Source of the DNA: the human T2T-CHM13v2.0 reference genome, Homo sapiens
Strand: one strand, 5' to 3'
DNA length: 64,000 nucleotides
Assembly: GCF_009914755.1 (NCBI RefSeq)
Contig: NC_060929.1
Part shown: piece after piece, positions 45,723 to 63,970 of the stretch
Position numbering within the stretch: the first letter of the stretch is position 1
How the letters are laid out: each line of letters begins with the position of its first letter
Made by a program: the position numbers and the translations under genes
The notes under the pieces: generated by a model
What the model was told of the DNA's origin: nothing
Databases searched by the model: none
The model's input: only the letters and a program-made list of their open reading frames with translations

Positions 45723-46555
45723 CTAAAGGGTAAAAAGAAAAATAAAACTGGTAAATTTTAAAAATACAATGATATAACAATTTTTTAAATGACCTTAATC
45801 CCACTGCATTTATACAAAGAGGTTTGCTAAAGCTACATTCTTTTCAAAATGAAATACCAAGAATGAATTTAATCAATCAGACTTTAGACATGAGAATTTG
45901 GAGAAATTCAAGTAAATTCTTTACCACTTATATAGATTAAGTACCTCAAAACAAAAATCTTACCTTAGTTATATTTAGAGAAAGAATACCTATAAGTCAT
46001 CTGGTCCCTTTATTCAAAACATGACACTTCTGATTTGCATTCCAAATCAAAAAGAGATCTCATATCAAAGAGAAACCTGGCAACTCTTCTGTGTCACTTT
46101 AAGTTGAGTAAACAATAAGATGATAAAATACTAGAATATAATTACCAACTAGAGAAAAACACTAATCAAACTTAGCCATCAATCAATACAGAGAACTTAC
46201 CAATTGTGAGAAGAAACTCAAATAGACGCCACCAAATTATATTTGGCTAGAATTATACTAGAAGAGTATTTGCCTTTTCCATTTAACTTACCTTTTCTTA
46301 CTGCTTGTCATTTTTATTTTACTTACATTTTAGTGCTTTACTACTGTTTAGGTAACTCTTACACACAATATAAAGTTCAATTAGAATTAAAGGCTATACC
46401 TCCTATCTCTGTCCTCCAGCCTACAGTATTCTCTTCCTTTAGGGGCAACCAATGACTGGTTTTTTATGTCCTTCCAAAGGTAATGTATGAATAAACATTT
46501 GTATTTTACCATTAAATACTATATTTGGTATATGCATTTATAATATGAAATTCAT

Positions 46556-46932
<377 letters not shown>

Positions 46933-47831
46933 TCACAGGCAGATGTTATATGCCATTACAATAGTATACAAATAAATGTTATATTAAAGGGAATTTCCAA
47001 TACCATACATACAAGCTGATCACTGTTAACTCTTTCCTCAATTTTACTTATTGTGGAATTTTAGACTGAGATTAAGAAATGCTTATTAATAAACCATACA
47101 GTGTGGGTAAATTGGCTCAAACATCTGTTAAACACACCCTCTCATTCTGCAAGAAACTGCCAAATCTATGCTCTGGATGAAGAAATTATCTAGATATCTT
47201 AGGCAGAAGTAAAATCATATTATACATGACTCCACCTCCTCTTTCCAACCCCACTGAACCTGGAATGTAAGTTTAACCCAAGGAAAATCAATACACCTGA
47301 TTTCCAGTGACTTCTGAGATGATTTCCAATGATTGTTCTGCCCCACACTGGATTTCCTCTCAGGAATATGAGGAGATTTTTGAGATGGAAAGTCTTTCTG
47401 TGGTCACAGGAGTAAACACAAAAGAGGGACAGACACCAACTGATGAAACAGGGTGCAATGACAAACAGATCGAGGACTGCTATAAGAAAGGATTCCTCAC
47501 TCAGTAGAAACAGGAACAGGATGAGGTACATTCAAATTCTAAAAAACAAGATTCTGATTTTTTCTATTAAGTTAATCAAAACCAAAAACTAAAATGATTC
47601 AAAGAATAAATACATCATAGGACAGAAGAACCAAGTAAAAACATGTTTCTCCAACATAACCAGGCAAATTTAAATAAAGTATCTCTATGCTAATAGTATT
47701 TCAATGTGGCGGGTGGGGTAGAGTTTGACTTTGAATTTTTTTTAATAAATCTATTCAAATTTTGACTGAAGAAAAGCTGTAAGTCTACAAACATTAGCTT
47801 TAATCTTTAAAAACAAACAAACAAAAAAAAA

Positions 47832-48870
47832 CAGAATCTCACTCTGTCACCCAGGCTGGAGTGCAGTGGCACAACCTCAGCTCACTGCAACCTCTGCCTC
47901 CCGGATTCAATCGATTCTCGTGTCTCACCCTCCTGAATAGCTGAGATTACAGGCACACATCACCATGTCCAGCTAATTTTTTATATTTTCAGTAGAGAGA
48001 GGTTTTCACCACTATGGCCAAGCTGGTCTCGAACTCCTGACCTCAAGTGATCCGCCCACCTCAGCCTCAAAAAGTACTGGTGAAACAGAAAATTTTCCTT
48101 GACCCCTTCCTGAGCATCATGACAGGAGTGCCTGCCTCACTTACTCAGCCCACAGCTCTCAACGCCTGGTGGGACGGGGAGCAGCAGGTGAGCAAGTGCA
48201 GGAGCCAGAGCTAGCACTGTTGGGTGCCGGCAGGTGCAAAACTCCATGGGGCCCCCCGGCAGTGTCTAGGTGAGTACTCGTGACCCCTGAAGCCCCAGAG
48301 GGCATGTGATACAGTGCTCTTTTAGCTTTGCTGCCCACACTGGTGGCACCCAAGCTCTTGTTCGGCGTCCAGTAAAAATCAGGTCACAGGAATGAATTGA
48401 AGGGTGGTAAATATGGAGGATTTTATTGCCGATGAAAGTGGCTCTAAGCGGGAAGGAGAGCTGGAAGAGGGATGGAGCAGGAAGGTGATCTTCCCCTGGA
48501 TTCCGACTGTCCCGAGCTGGACTCTCCGAAGCAACAGCATCAAGCCATCCCTCTAATGTCAAGCTGCTTTTCCCCAACGTCAAACTGCAGTCCCTACCAT
48601 ACAGCTGCCTTTCCTCCTCTCCCCTTCTCTTCTCTCTGCCAGTACAGTCAGGGGTTTTTATGGGTACAGGATGGGGGTGGAACGGGCCATGTGTGGTTTT
48701 GGAAAAGACAGCATTCGAGCGGGAAAACAGGAATGCATGTTCTCACTTTGGGGCATAGTTCCAGGCTTGAGGGTGGGGCTTTGCCAGGGACCTTGCCCTT
48801 TTCTGCCTAGAATTTCTCTGCCTCCTGTTCCTATCACTGGGATTACAGGCATGAGCCACCATACTCAACC
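47832..48870 (-). mobile_element. AluS split by an LTR
   Basis: Alu reads ...aaagtactgg | LTR | ctgggattacaggcatgagcc. Confidence 0.9.
48081..48836 (-). mobile_element. ERV1 solo LTR of the LTR1/LTR27/LTR28 group
   Basis: Minus strand begins TGATAGGAACAGGAGGCAGAGAAATTCTAGGC and ends TTTCA; exact 4-bp TSD ctgg (48077-48080, 48837-48840). Confidence 0.85.
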
Positions 48871-49262
48871 AATTTTAACCTTTTACAGATAAAAGTCCTA
48901 ACTTTTATCTGTAAAACTTAGTTAAAAAGGGCAGTTCAAATAAGTTGATTTTGTGATACTATTGAGGAACTTCAGTTATATTGTGGTTTTGTATAGTTCT
49001 AAAAATCCCCAAAATGAATTGAAGTTAGACTCACTTTAATAACAAATGTTGCATAACACATTTGATGAATGATAATATATATTATAAAAACATATTGTAA
49101 TAGGTAGTTCATCTACTAAAGGTTAGAAATCAACCTTTTAGGTAAAATGTTATTGGGGCAACATAGAGTGTTGACAGATGTGGAAGATACTATAGCATAG
49201 CCTGCCTTAGCTGGTGAGTGGCGATTAAGCCTGGTGGAACTGCCATTAATAAACCAACTGTG

Positions 49263-49636
<374 letters not shown>

Positions 49637-50997
49637 TCAGAGAGACACGGTCATGGGGGTCAGGTGTGGTATCAGGAATAATGTGGGGGCCAGCCTAAAA
49701 CAGTAAGGTCAAGTTGTTTGGACAGAAAGGCTACAGGGCACGGTCCCGGCTCTCGTGTAAGAATTCTGACCGCACAGCCCTGCACTTCGGCTGTGTGTAA
49801 TGAAAAGGGTTGGGATTAGTTAGGGAGAGCTAGTGTGGAAGCAGCTTCTAGGGCTGTTTTTAAGGAAAGGAAAGAGGAGTGGGGAAAGGATTTAGGATCT
49901 ATGAGGTCAGCTAAGTTTCTTTTTGTGAGTTTATATAACGGTTTAGTCAGGATGGCAAAACCAGGTATCCAAAGGTGAAAGTACCTAACCATGCTAGGAA
50001 GGAAAGGAGTTGTTGCTTTGTAGAAGGGGTTAGGGTTTGGGAGATTAGCCAGACACGATCAGCAGGGAGAGAACGTGTGTTTTTATTAAGAATTATGCCG
50101 AGATAGGTAACAGATGAGGAAGAAATTTGGGCTTTGAAGGAGGATACGCGATATTCTTTTGAGAACAGATGTTGGAGGAGCAGAAGGGTGTCCTTTTGGG
50201 AAGATTTGTAGGAGGGGCTATAAAGTAGAAGGTTGTCAAAATATTGAATAAAGTGAGAAGCAGATGGATGGAAAGAAAGTAAATCATGAGAAACGGCTTG
50301 ACTGAAGTAATGGGGGCTGTTCCTGAAGCCTTGTGGCAGTATAGCCTAGGTAAGTTGCTGAGACTGATGGGTGTCAGGGTCAGTCCAAGTGAAAGCAAAG
50401 AGAGGCTGGGATGAAGGGTGCAAAGGAATAGTAAAGGAAGCATGCTTGAGATCCAGAACAGAAAAATGGGTTGTGGAGGGAGGTATTGAGGACAAGAGTG
50501 TACGGGTTGGGCACTACAGGGTGGACAGGCAAAACAATTTGGTTGATAAGGCATAGATCCTGAACCAACCTGTAAGACTTGTCTGGTTTTTGGATGGGTA
50601 AAATGGGAGAATTGTAAGGAGAGTTTATATGCTTTAGAAGCCCATGCTGTAGCAAGTGAGTGATAACAGGCTTTAACCTTTTAAAGCATGCGGTGGGATG
50701 GGATATTGGCATTGAGTGGGGTAAGGGTGATTAGGTTTTAATGGGATGTTAAGGGGTGCATGATCATTCACCAAGGTAGGAATAGAGGTGTCTCATACTT
50801 GTGGATTAAGATGGGGAGACACAAGGGGAGGATGTGAAGGAGGCTTTGAACTGGGGAAAAGGGCGGCAATGAGTTGTGGCTGTAGCCTAGGAATAGTCAG
50901 GAAAGCAGATAAGTTAGTTAAAATGCCTAGACCTAATAAGGGAACTGGGCACGTGGGGATAACTAAAAAGGAGTGCACAAAAGAATATTGTCTAAGC

Positions 50998-51302
50998 GGC
51001 CGGGCGCGATGGCTCACGCCTGTAATCCCAGCACTTTGGGAGGCCAAGGCGGGCAGATCACGAGGTCAGGAGATCGAGACCATCCTGGCTAACATGGTGA
51101 AACCCCGTCACTATTAAAAATACAAAAAATTAGCTGGGCATGGTGGCGGACGCCTGTCATCCCAGCTATTCAGGAGGTTGAGGTGGGAGAATGGTGTGAA
51201 CCCAGGAGACGGAGCTTGTATTATTGAGCCGAGATCACGCCACTGCACTCCAGCCTCGGTGACAGAGTGAGACTCCATCTCCAAAAAAAAAAAAAAAAAA
51301 AA
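50998..51302 (+). mobile_element. AluY-like element inserted in HERV-H pro
   Basis: TSD aaaagaatattgtctaag at 50979-50996 and 51303-51320. Confidence 0.95.
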
Positions 51303-53184
51303 AAAAGAATATTGTCTAAGTTGGCACCAGAGTTGGGGAGTTTTAAGAGGTTTAGAAGCCTGGCCATCAATACCTACAACAGTTATGGAGGCAAGGGAAA
51401 CGGTCCTTGAAAAGAAGGTAATGTGGAGTGGGTAGTCTCTGTATTGATTAAGAAGGGGACGGCCTTACCCTCCACTGTAAGAGTTACCTCAAGCGCCTGT
51501 GATGGTCCAGGAGGCTTTTGAGGCAATCAGGCAGTGTCAGTCTTCAGCTGCTAAGCCGAGAAGATCGGGGAAGGAGTCAGAGAGCCTTGGGCCAGAATTC
51601 CAGGGGCTCTGGGAGTGGCTGCCGGGCAAGTTGGACAGTTCGATTTCCAGTGGGGTCCCGCACAGATGGGACATGACTAAGGAGGAATCCCGGGCTGCAG
51701 GCATTCCTTGGCCCAGTGGCCAGATTTCCAGCACTTGAAGCAAGATCCTGGGGGAGGAGGTCCTGAAGGAATGCCTGACCACTGTGGCTTAGGCGTTTTG
51801 AAGTTCTTCTGTGCTGAAGATGTGGCTGGGGTTTCTCTCACAGCAGAGGCAAGTAATTGCAACTCAGAAATACATTGCTGCTTGGCTGCCTCTTTTTAAT
51901 TATTGTACACCTTGAAGGCAAGGTTAATTAAATCCTGTTGTGGGGTTTGAGGGCTGGAATTTAAGTTTTGGAGCTTTTTTTAAACGTCAGGAGCAGATTG
52001 GGTAATAAAATGCATATTGAGAATAAGACGGCCTTCTGGCCTTTCTGGGTCTAGGAAGGTAAAGTCTCTAAGGGTTGTTGCCAAACAAGCCACGGACTGG
52101 GCTGGGTTTTCATATTTGATGAAAAAAAGCCTAAACACTAACTGATTTGGGAGAGGCTGGATAAAGAAAAAGGAGCAATAACCTTGACCATGCCTTTAGC
52201 TCCAGACACCTCTTTAAGAGGAAATTGTTGGGCAGGTGGGGAAGGGCTAGTCACAGAAGGAAACTGTAAGCCGGACTGGGTGTGAGGAGAGGAGGTGATA
52301 GAAGGATTATAGGGTGGAGGAGCAGAAGCCGAGGAAGAAGTGGGACCTGGCTCGGCCTGGCAAGGGGCAGCCTGGGGAGGAAGAGAGAGGTCATATAGGT
52401 CTGTAGAAAAGGAGGATTCAAAGGACTCAGAGCTTGGGGTGGAGACTGAAGGAACAGACAGGAGAGAAAGAAGAAAGATTTGGGACGAGTTGCATTGGGA
52501 GCAGAGATTAGAAAGGGACTGATGTGAAAAAGAATGCCTAGACGTCAGGCACCTCAGACCATTTGCCCATTTTACGAGAAGAATTATCTAGATCTTGTAG
52601 GATGGAGAAATCAAAAGTGACATTTTCTGGCTATTTGGAAACACTGTCAAGTTTGTATTGGGGTCAAGCGGTGTTGCAGAAGAAAATAAGGCATTTAGGT
52701 TTTAGGTCAGGTGTGAGTTGAAGAGGTTTTAAGTTTTTGAGAACACAGGCTAAGGGAGAAGAAGGAGGAATGGAGGGTGGAAGGTTGCCCATAGTGAAGG
52801 AAGCAAGCCCAGAGAAAAGAGAGGGTAGAGACATGGAGAGAAGGGGTGGGAGGGTACTTGCCCCGCCTCGGGGAGGTAGTGCTTGCCACCAAGGTGAAGG
52901 ATCAAGGCAGGCGTCCCCATGGTGATCAGACACCTCTGAAATGTGGCTGAATAATCAGGCAGGTGTCCCCGCGTGATTAAACACAAAGGAAAGACTGTCT
53001 TCCCAAGTCTGTGACTGGCACCGGAGTTTTAGGTTCACGGATAAAACGCGTCTCCTCTGTCTCTACCAGAAAAAGAAAGGAACTGAAATTAAGGGAAGGG
53101 AGAGATTGAAAGGTGGCGCAGAAATTGAAAGGAGAAAGGGGTTGAGGGATAGTGAGAGGACAGAGAAGACAGTAAAAAGACGCC

Positions 53185-53193
53185 GCTTACCCA
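53185..53193 (-). promoter_or_regulatory. HERV-H major splice donor
   Basis: Minus strand TTTTAAATTGG|GTAAGC, ~125 nt after the PBS, at the usual HERV-H leader donor position. Confidence 0.75.
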
Positions 53194-53316
53194 ATTTAAA
53201 ATTGGTGAGATGTTCCTTGGGCTGGTTGGTCTGAGGACCAGAGGTCGTAGATGGATCTTTCTCACGGAGCAAAGAGCAGGAGGACAGGGGATTGATCTCC
53301 CAAGGGAGGTCCCCCA

Positions 53317-53334
53317 ATCCGAGTCACGGCACCA
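53317..53334 (-). other. tRNA-His primer binding site
   Basis: TGGTGCCGTGACTCGGAT, an 18/18 complement of the tRNA-His 3' end. Confidence 0.95.
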
Positions 53335-53351
53335 AATGTTTCGACACCAAA

Positions 53352-53715
53352 TGTCACGCGCGTCCGTGTGAAGAGACCACCAAAGAGGCTTTGTGTGAGC
53401 AATAAAGCTTTTTAATCACCTGGGTGCAGGCAGGCTGAGTCCAAAAAGAGTCAGCAAAGGGACATAGGGGTGGGGCCATTTTATAGGAGTTGGGTAGGTA
53501 GTGGAAAATTACAGTCAAAGGGGTTGTTCTCCGGCAAGCAGGGGCGGGGGTCATGAGGTGCTCAGTGGGGGAGCGTCTGAGCCGGGAGAAGGAATTTCAC
53601 AAGGTAATGTCATCAGTTAGGGCAGGAATTGGCCATTTTCACTTCTTTTGTGATTCTTCACTTGCTTCATGCCATCTGGATGTAAACATGCAGGCTTGGG
53701 CTCAAAGGCCTGACA
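53352..53715 (-). mobile_element. HERV-H 5' LTR (LTR7 family, probably 7B/7C-like)
   Basis: TGTCAGGCC...CGCGTGACA termini, CTATAAAA box, ATTAAA signal at 53411-53416, adjacent PBS. Confidence 0.93.
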
Positions 53716-54112
53716 GGAACCTTTAAGAACATTTAGAAACTCTACTCCAAAAGTCTATTTAAAAGTTGGTTGTCTGGAAGTGGTTAGATTCTCAGCCCAC
53801 AACAGCAGTCTTTAACCCATAAATCTGCAATATTTACAATATTATTTTAAGTACAGTATCCAACCAGGACCACATTGCTTATGCTCCAAGACAACGCCTC
53901 TCATCTTGTTTGCACGTCTCTGTTACTCCCAGGGCTGAATTCACTTTCTTTTATTTTAGTCGTATGTATTTCCTTTAGATTCCTATTAATACTTCCATTT
54001 AAACACTTGACCACATCATATGACAAAATTTTGTTTTCACATCTTCCTCTCACTTCTAGATGATGAACCCTCTAAGAGCAGAGTTTTCATTTAATTTTTG
54101 TATCCCCTAGTA

Positions 54113-54318
54113 CAGTGATTCCCAAACTTTTGCTGTTATCAGAATCACCTAGAGGACTCATTAAACTAGACAGCTGAGCCCCAGCCCTCAGAGCTTCTGA
54201 TTCAGTAAGCCTGAGAATGTGCATTTCTAACAAATTCCTAGGTGGTGATGATGCTGCTAGTGAGTAAGGAGTGAGGGGGTGAAGAATGTAAAGACCACAG
54301 TTTGATGTGCAAGGCTCT
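54113..54318. mobile_element. MER5A (hAT-Charlie)
   Basis: cagtgattcccaaac, atcagaatcacct, tgcatttctaacaaattcc...gatgctgct. Confidence 0.8.
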
Positions 54319-55057
54319 AGAGGTGTCCACACCAGTGGGTTTTATTTTTCAAGTGACTTGAATTCATTCGTATCTACATCCTGCCCACTTACCCATTCCT
54401 GTCTACATCTGAAGGTTGGCAAAGCTTGATGAACTTTTGTGAGAAGTAGTAATCAAAGAATAATAAACAACAAAGCTATGGACAAAATGGCTTACCCAAA
54501 ACCCTTCCCCCTGCATGAAAATTTGACCTTCCCTTAACTAACGAGCTCTGTTACCCTGGCAACATGATAACTATATTGCTAAGCAACACTGTATGTGATT
54601 TAAATGACAACTGACTGGTAGATTGCATATGGACTAGAGACCTATAAAGACCCTATGGGGACACCATACTTTGGACTTCCCTAAATTGGAACCCTAGAAA
54701 CTTGCTAGAGAGTTGTTACAAAAGATGTTGGCTCCTGAGAGCATAAAGTTATTAGGCTACCTTATCTGCCTAGTGTGGAACATATCACCTTCCACCTGAG
54801 CTGGACTGCTATGCCAGACTGCCACAAGGATGCCAGCAGAAAAGGGTCATCTAAGGTTGCTCTACAATGCCACAAATGCAAATTTGTGGCTCCTGGCCTA
54901 TATCTTTCTGGTATTAGGTGTGGCCTAAAGTAGTCTTATGCACCTGAGTGTCTAGCAACTGGTGCTCTGCCTGGTATCTTATCCCAGATATCTGCAGAGC
55001 TTAAAGATTCACTTAGACCAGGTCTTTGCTCCAATGCCCCATTCTAAAATAATCCAA

Positions 55058-55889
<832 letters not shown>

Positions 55890-57992
55890 TGAAGGAATAT
55901 CTTTACATTCCGTCTTCTCTAAACCTTTGAATGCTTTTCTCCTCCTATACAATTTTCTATCCCATTCGTTAATTTTTTTTTATATATCAAAGTTTAATTT
56001 CTCCTTTATGCCCTCTCTGGTACTTAAGTAATTCATTTGTATTACAAATGAAATTCAGAGTGTCAGGTCTTCCTTTATTATATTTTGTGATCATTTTGAT
56101 AAGTGATCGCACATAAAAGACAAAAATATTTACTGAAGAAAACAGTTACTAAAAAAATAGCTAAACAATTTATGTGTAAACACTATAAGCGTGATTTAAC
56201 CTAAAACTAATTGCTTTAACTCATGATTTTATATGCTCACAAAACATTTTCTATTTACTTTAAAGCATATTCTCTTTATTAACCTAATTTTACTTATAAT
56301 TACTTCAAACTAATAAAACTGTAGCTCTTTAAAACATCTCAACTAGCTTTATATTTAGCAAGTTACTTTATAGGACGCATTTCTGCTTTATTACCTTACT
56401 ATCAATCTTTCCTCCCCGACAATGCTCTGCATGCATGGTAATGGTGATTAGCTGACCAACTGTTAAACCATCTCTTCCTAAACTAGTGGGTAAGTGCAGA
56501 GTAACTGCTCTCCTCATTCTAAAATCTCTCTAGAAGGTTTAAATATTTAAATTAATAATGGATTGAATAATTTATAAATTCAACAAATTTTTATTCAAAT
56601 ATTTACTGCATACCTAAGTGCCAGATATTAGGCACTTGGGACAATAAAAAGAACAAAGATTCCTACCCTCATGGAGCTTATTTGTTCTCACTGTGCCAGA
56701 AATAATTTTTTAAAAGTTCCTTGCTTCTCCAGGCACATAGCAGGGTGCAGCTACTCAGGAGGCTAAGGCAGGAGGATCACTTGAGCCCACTTTGAGGCTG
56801 TAGTAGTACAACCAGTGAATAGCCACTATGCTCCAGCCTGGACAACACAGCAAGACCCCTATCTCTTAAAAAAAAAAAAAAGTTCCTTGCTTCCTATGAA
56901 CTATTATACTTGACAGGCAAAAAATATCACATAACTATATATCAAAACTGATTATTTGTAAATAATGAATATTCATTTTTTTTTAATCAAGCTACTTCTA
57001 GAATTTATATAGATATGAGAAATAAAAACTAACATCTAAAGAAATATACACTGGTCAACTGGGTATAGGTTTGGGGAATAACTATTATAATGTCACTACC
57101 AATGTTATTGTCTTGCTATGTGACCTTGGGCATGTCACAGATTTTCAATTTCCTTCCGAACAAAACTGGTAACAATAAGGCAACAAGAGAGTTCTGGGGA
57201 ATAACTACTGCATTACAGGCAAACATTCTGGCTATTATTTTGAGCTAATTTATAACAGACTGACCAAAATAGGTGCTGAGATTTTTCCCTTTTCTATATT
57301 TATAATGTATTTACAATGTATTTTTCCGCTCATCGGGGTTTATCTTCTTTAAAACCTATACAACCCAATTAATGTAATTACATTCTTAAAATATAAATGA
57401 AACCTTCAAATCATTTCCCCAAGGAAATTCTGTGAAATAAGCTTTTTCTTCTTTTCTCATTAAGGATGTAGAAATAAATACATGGGCTTCCTGTCAGACT
57501 AAGACTGACTTGCTTCCTAAACAAATGCTGTAATACAAAGGTAATGTGTATCACTCTGGGCATACTATCTCTGACAGCCTGTGGGCTAATAAAATTATAT
57601 CTGACATATGACTAGAGATGCTAGGACCTACAAAAAAATCTTTCAAAGCTTTAATTAAATTTCTTATATAATATTCACTGAAAGCTTTTTTCTCACAGTA
57701 CTGATTTTAATCAAGGTGATTCAAATAAGTAAACTTTAAAGATTAGTGAACAGATTTACAAGTACTCTTTTTAAAGAGTACTAAACAAAAGCAAATGTGG
57801 AACCCAGAAAAATAGTGCACCTCAACTTTACCAATACTCAACAAAATTTTTATACTCCTAACATAGCGAAAAAGCAAAGAACAAAAAGTTTCATAGCTAT
57901 TCATTCAACTAGTTGAATAGATACACTGCATTACACATAAAAATGGCAACAATTTTCCAATTTTAAAACTGGCTTTGGAAAACTAAATACCA

Positions 57993-58010
57993 TAGTGCCC
58001 TCTGCTGTCA
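57993..58010 (-). promoter_or_regulatory. Candidate CTCF site
   Basis: Minus strand TGACAGCAGAGGGCACTA matches core CCASYAGRKGGCRS except the first C; lies in AT-rich unique sequence. Confidence 0.5.
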
Positions 58011-58276
58011 TTTTAAAGAAACTAACGTGATCTGTAAGATAAAGTCATTGTCAGATTTCTGAAACTATATATCCAACATAACCAATAAAAGTAGAAATAG
58101 CTTTACATGATTAACATTATAATACATTTTCATCTCCAAAACAGAAGTAGATAACATCTTCCATGTCTGACTGCTTCAAGTACAAATAACAATAATATTC
58201 CCATACCCTGCAAAATTGTTTTCCTTACTAGATTCTCTTATAACTGGCTTTAGGAGTGGAGGAAGGATAGACTTAG

Positions 58277-58588
<312 letters not shown>

Positions 58589-59241
58589 ACTGTTGTGATT
58601 TTTTAATTACAGTGTGAAGTTGTCCTATCCTAAAACGGTGATATATATAATATATATTTGTTTTAAATATATATACACATTTGTTTTTCTTTTTGCGAAT
58701 TGGGCAGCCTCCCACAAAGGAATAGATTCAGAAACACTCCCAAGAATAAATGTCTTTAGATGAGAGTTTCAGAGACTTGTGCCCCAGAGGGCATGCCTAG
58801 AGCAGTGAAGAAATTATCAAGTTTATTTGAATTGTGGACTTGCATCTTACTATCCTTAACAGGGAATCTCACCCTAAATATATATTGTGCTTTGAGATAA
58901 TAAATAATAATAGTGAGACTCCATTATACTATCATTACTGACCAAAACATTTTTAAAGACTTTATCTCACCAATACTTCTTCCTTTTTTGATATCTAGTT
59001 TTGTGTATGTTTTATGAGGTGCATCATATACTAATATACAATAAGTGTGTGTAATTAGAGAAAAATAAGCCTATCTATTAAAATGCACCCTAATTTTTTT
59101 AAATCAACTGCAGTATGTAATCAAAATAATTATATCACTGGCCTAGACATGTTTGTTCCTACTAGATCTATAATTAATATAAGTTTTCATGTGAAACCAC
59201 AAGTTGGTTATTTGAAAGAATAAATCAGACAGACCACTGGC

Positions 59242-62157
<2,916 letters not shown>

Positions 62158-62895
62158 GTTTTAGTGAGTGTTATAATTGAGAAAGCTTAAGAGAGGCCAG
62201 ATGCCTAGAGAACAAACGTCTCATGTCTAGAGAGATGAATATATACAGCAGCTAGAAAAGCCCCTACTAAAACTGTGATGACAGTTATGGATCAACTAAG
62301 ACTGAGAATCTTATCATAATCATCTCACGTTCAGTTAACCTATTACTTACTTCCTTTCTTTTTATAGAAATATAAACAAATATAAAATATAGCAAACAGC
62401 TTTCTTAACAGCAAATTAATTTAATCACTCTTTCCTCTGCAAACTATTATTTTATATTTCCATAGTTTGTCTTAAATATTACTTAGACATGTTTTCTCTC
62501 ATACTTAATTCACTATATGTTCTAAAGGAAACAATTTCTTAATCATTTTTGTATTATCCCAGCTGTGCATTTCCTGGGTACTAGATATTGAATAAATAAT
62601 GATTGGACAAATAAAGAATGTCCACATGATTTATTCAAACTGAGCCTGCCGGTCCTCATGTAGCAGAATCCTCTGCTCCTTATTCACTGGCTGCATGAAC
62701 ATCCATCCTTATAAGCAGGAATCAAAGATTAAAGTAAAGATATTCTGCATAGAATATTTTGCTTATTCTCTCATCTCCTTTTCTTATCTAAAAACTGTCT
62801 ATATTTTAAAACACTGATTTTTGTATACTTGCTTTATTGGGGGGGGCATACTTCCTCATTTTACATCAATGTCCATTTTCTCAAAAAAGCACAAA

Positions 62896-63422
<527 letters not shown>

Positions 63423-63759
63423 TGCCTTTCCCCTAAAAAAGTGGTTTTCATCAATGCAACACCTATATACAGCTAAGAATTGAGTACAACTGAAAGTACC
63501 AGAATGACAAAATTCCCATCACGAGGCAATTTATTTATGGTGACCTGCCGCATTAACACATGAAAAATTATTAATTTGCCGATAACTTCTGAATCCAAAA
63601 AAAAATCCTAAAAGAAGCTGGATATTAGCAAAACAGACTAATTTCATAAACAGTAATGATATTTCATGGAGAAGAAAAAGGAAGTGGGATTAGGGAGTAA
63701 AAATAAAAGAGGGAATGAAAAGGAGAAGGGAGAGGAAAAGAAGGGACAGGTAAAGACAA

Positions 63760-63970
63760 AGAATTTAACATTTATTGCACACTTTTATGTTTTAGGCACT
63801 ATGCTAAATACTTTAATTCTCACAAAACCTGTCAGCAGGAGGTAGTATTTTTAGCCTAACTTAAAGATGATGAAACTAAGGCTTAGAGAGGTTAAGTAAC
63901 TTTTTCAAGAGAAAACAGAGCTGGGGCTAGAGCTTGGTTCTGTCTGATTCCAAAATGCATGCCTTTAATC
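63760..63970 (+). mobile_element. MIR
   Basis: agatgatgaaactaaggcttagagaggttaagtaact core. Confidence 0.85.

Noticed and set aside
50093-52986. HERV-H gag/pro/pol as functional or domesticated genes
   Set aside because: Fragmented frames, degenerate catalytic motifs, Alu insertions and no env; only short motifs survive.
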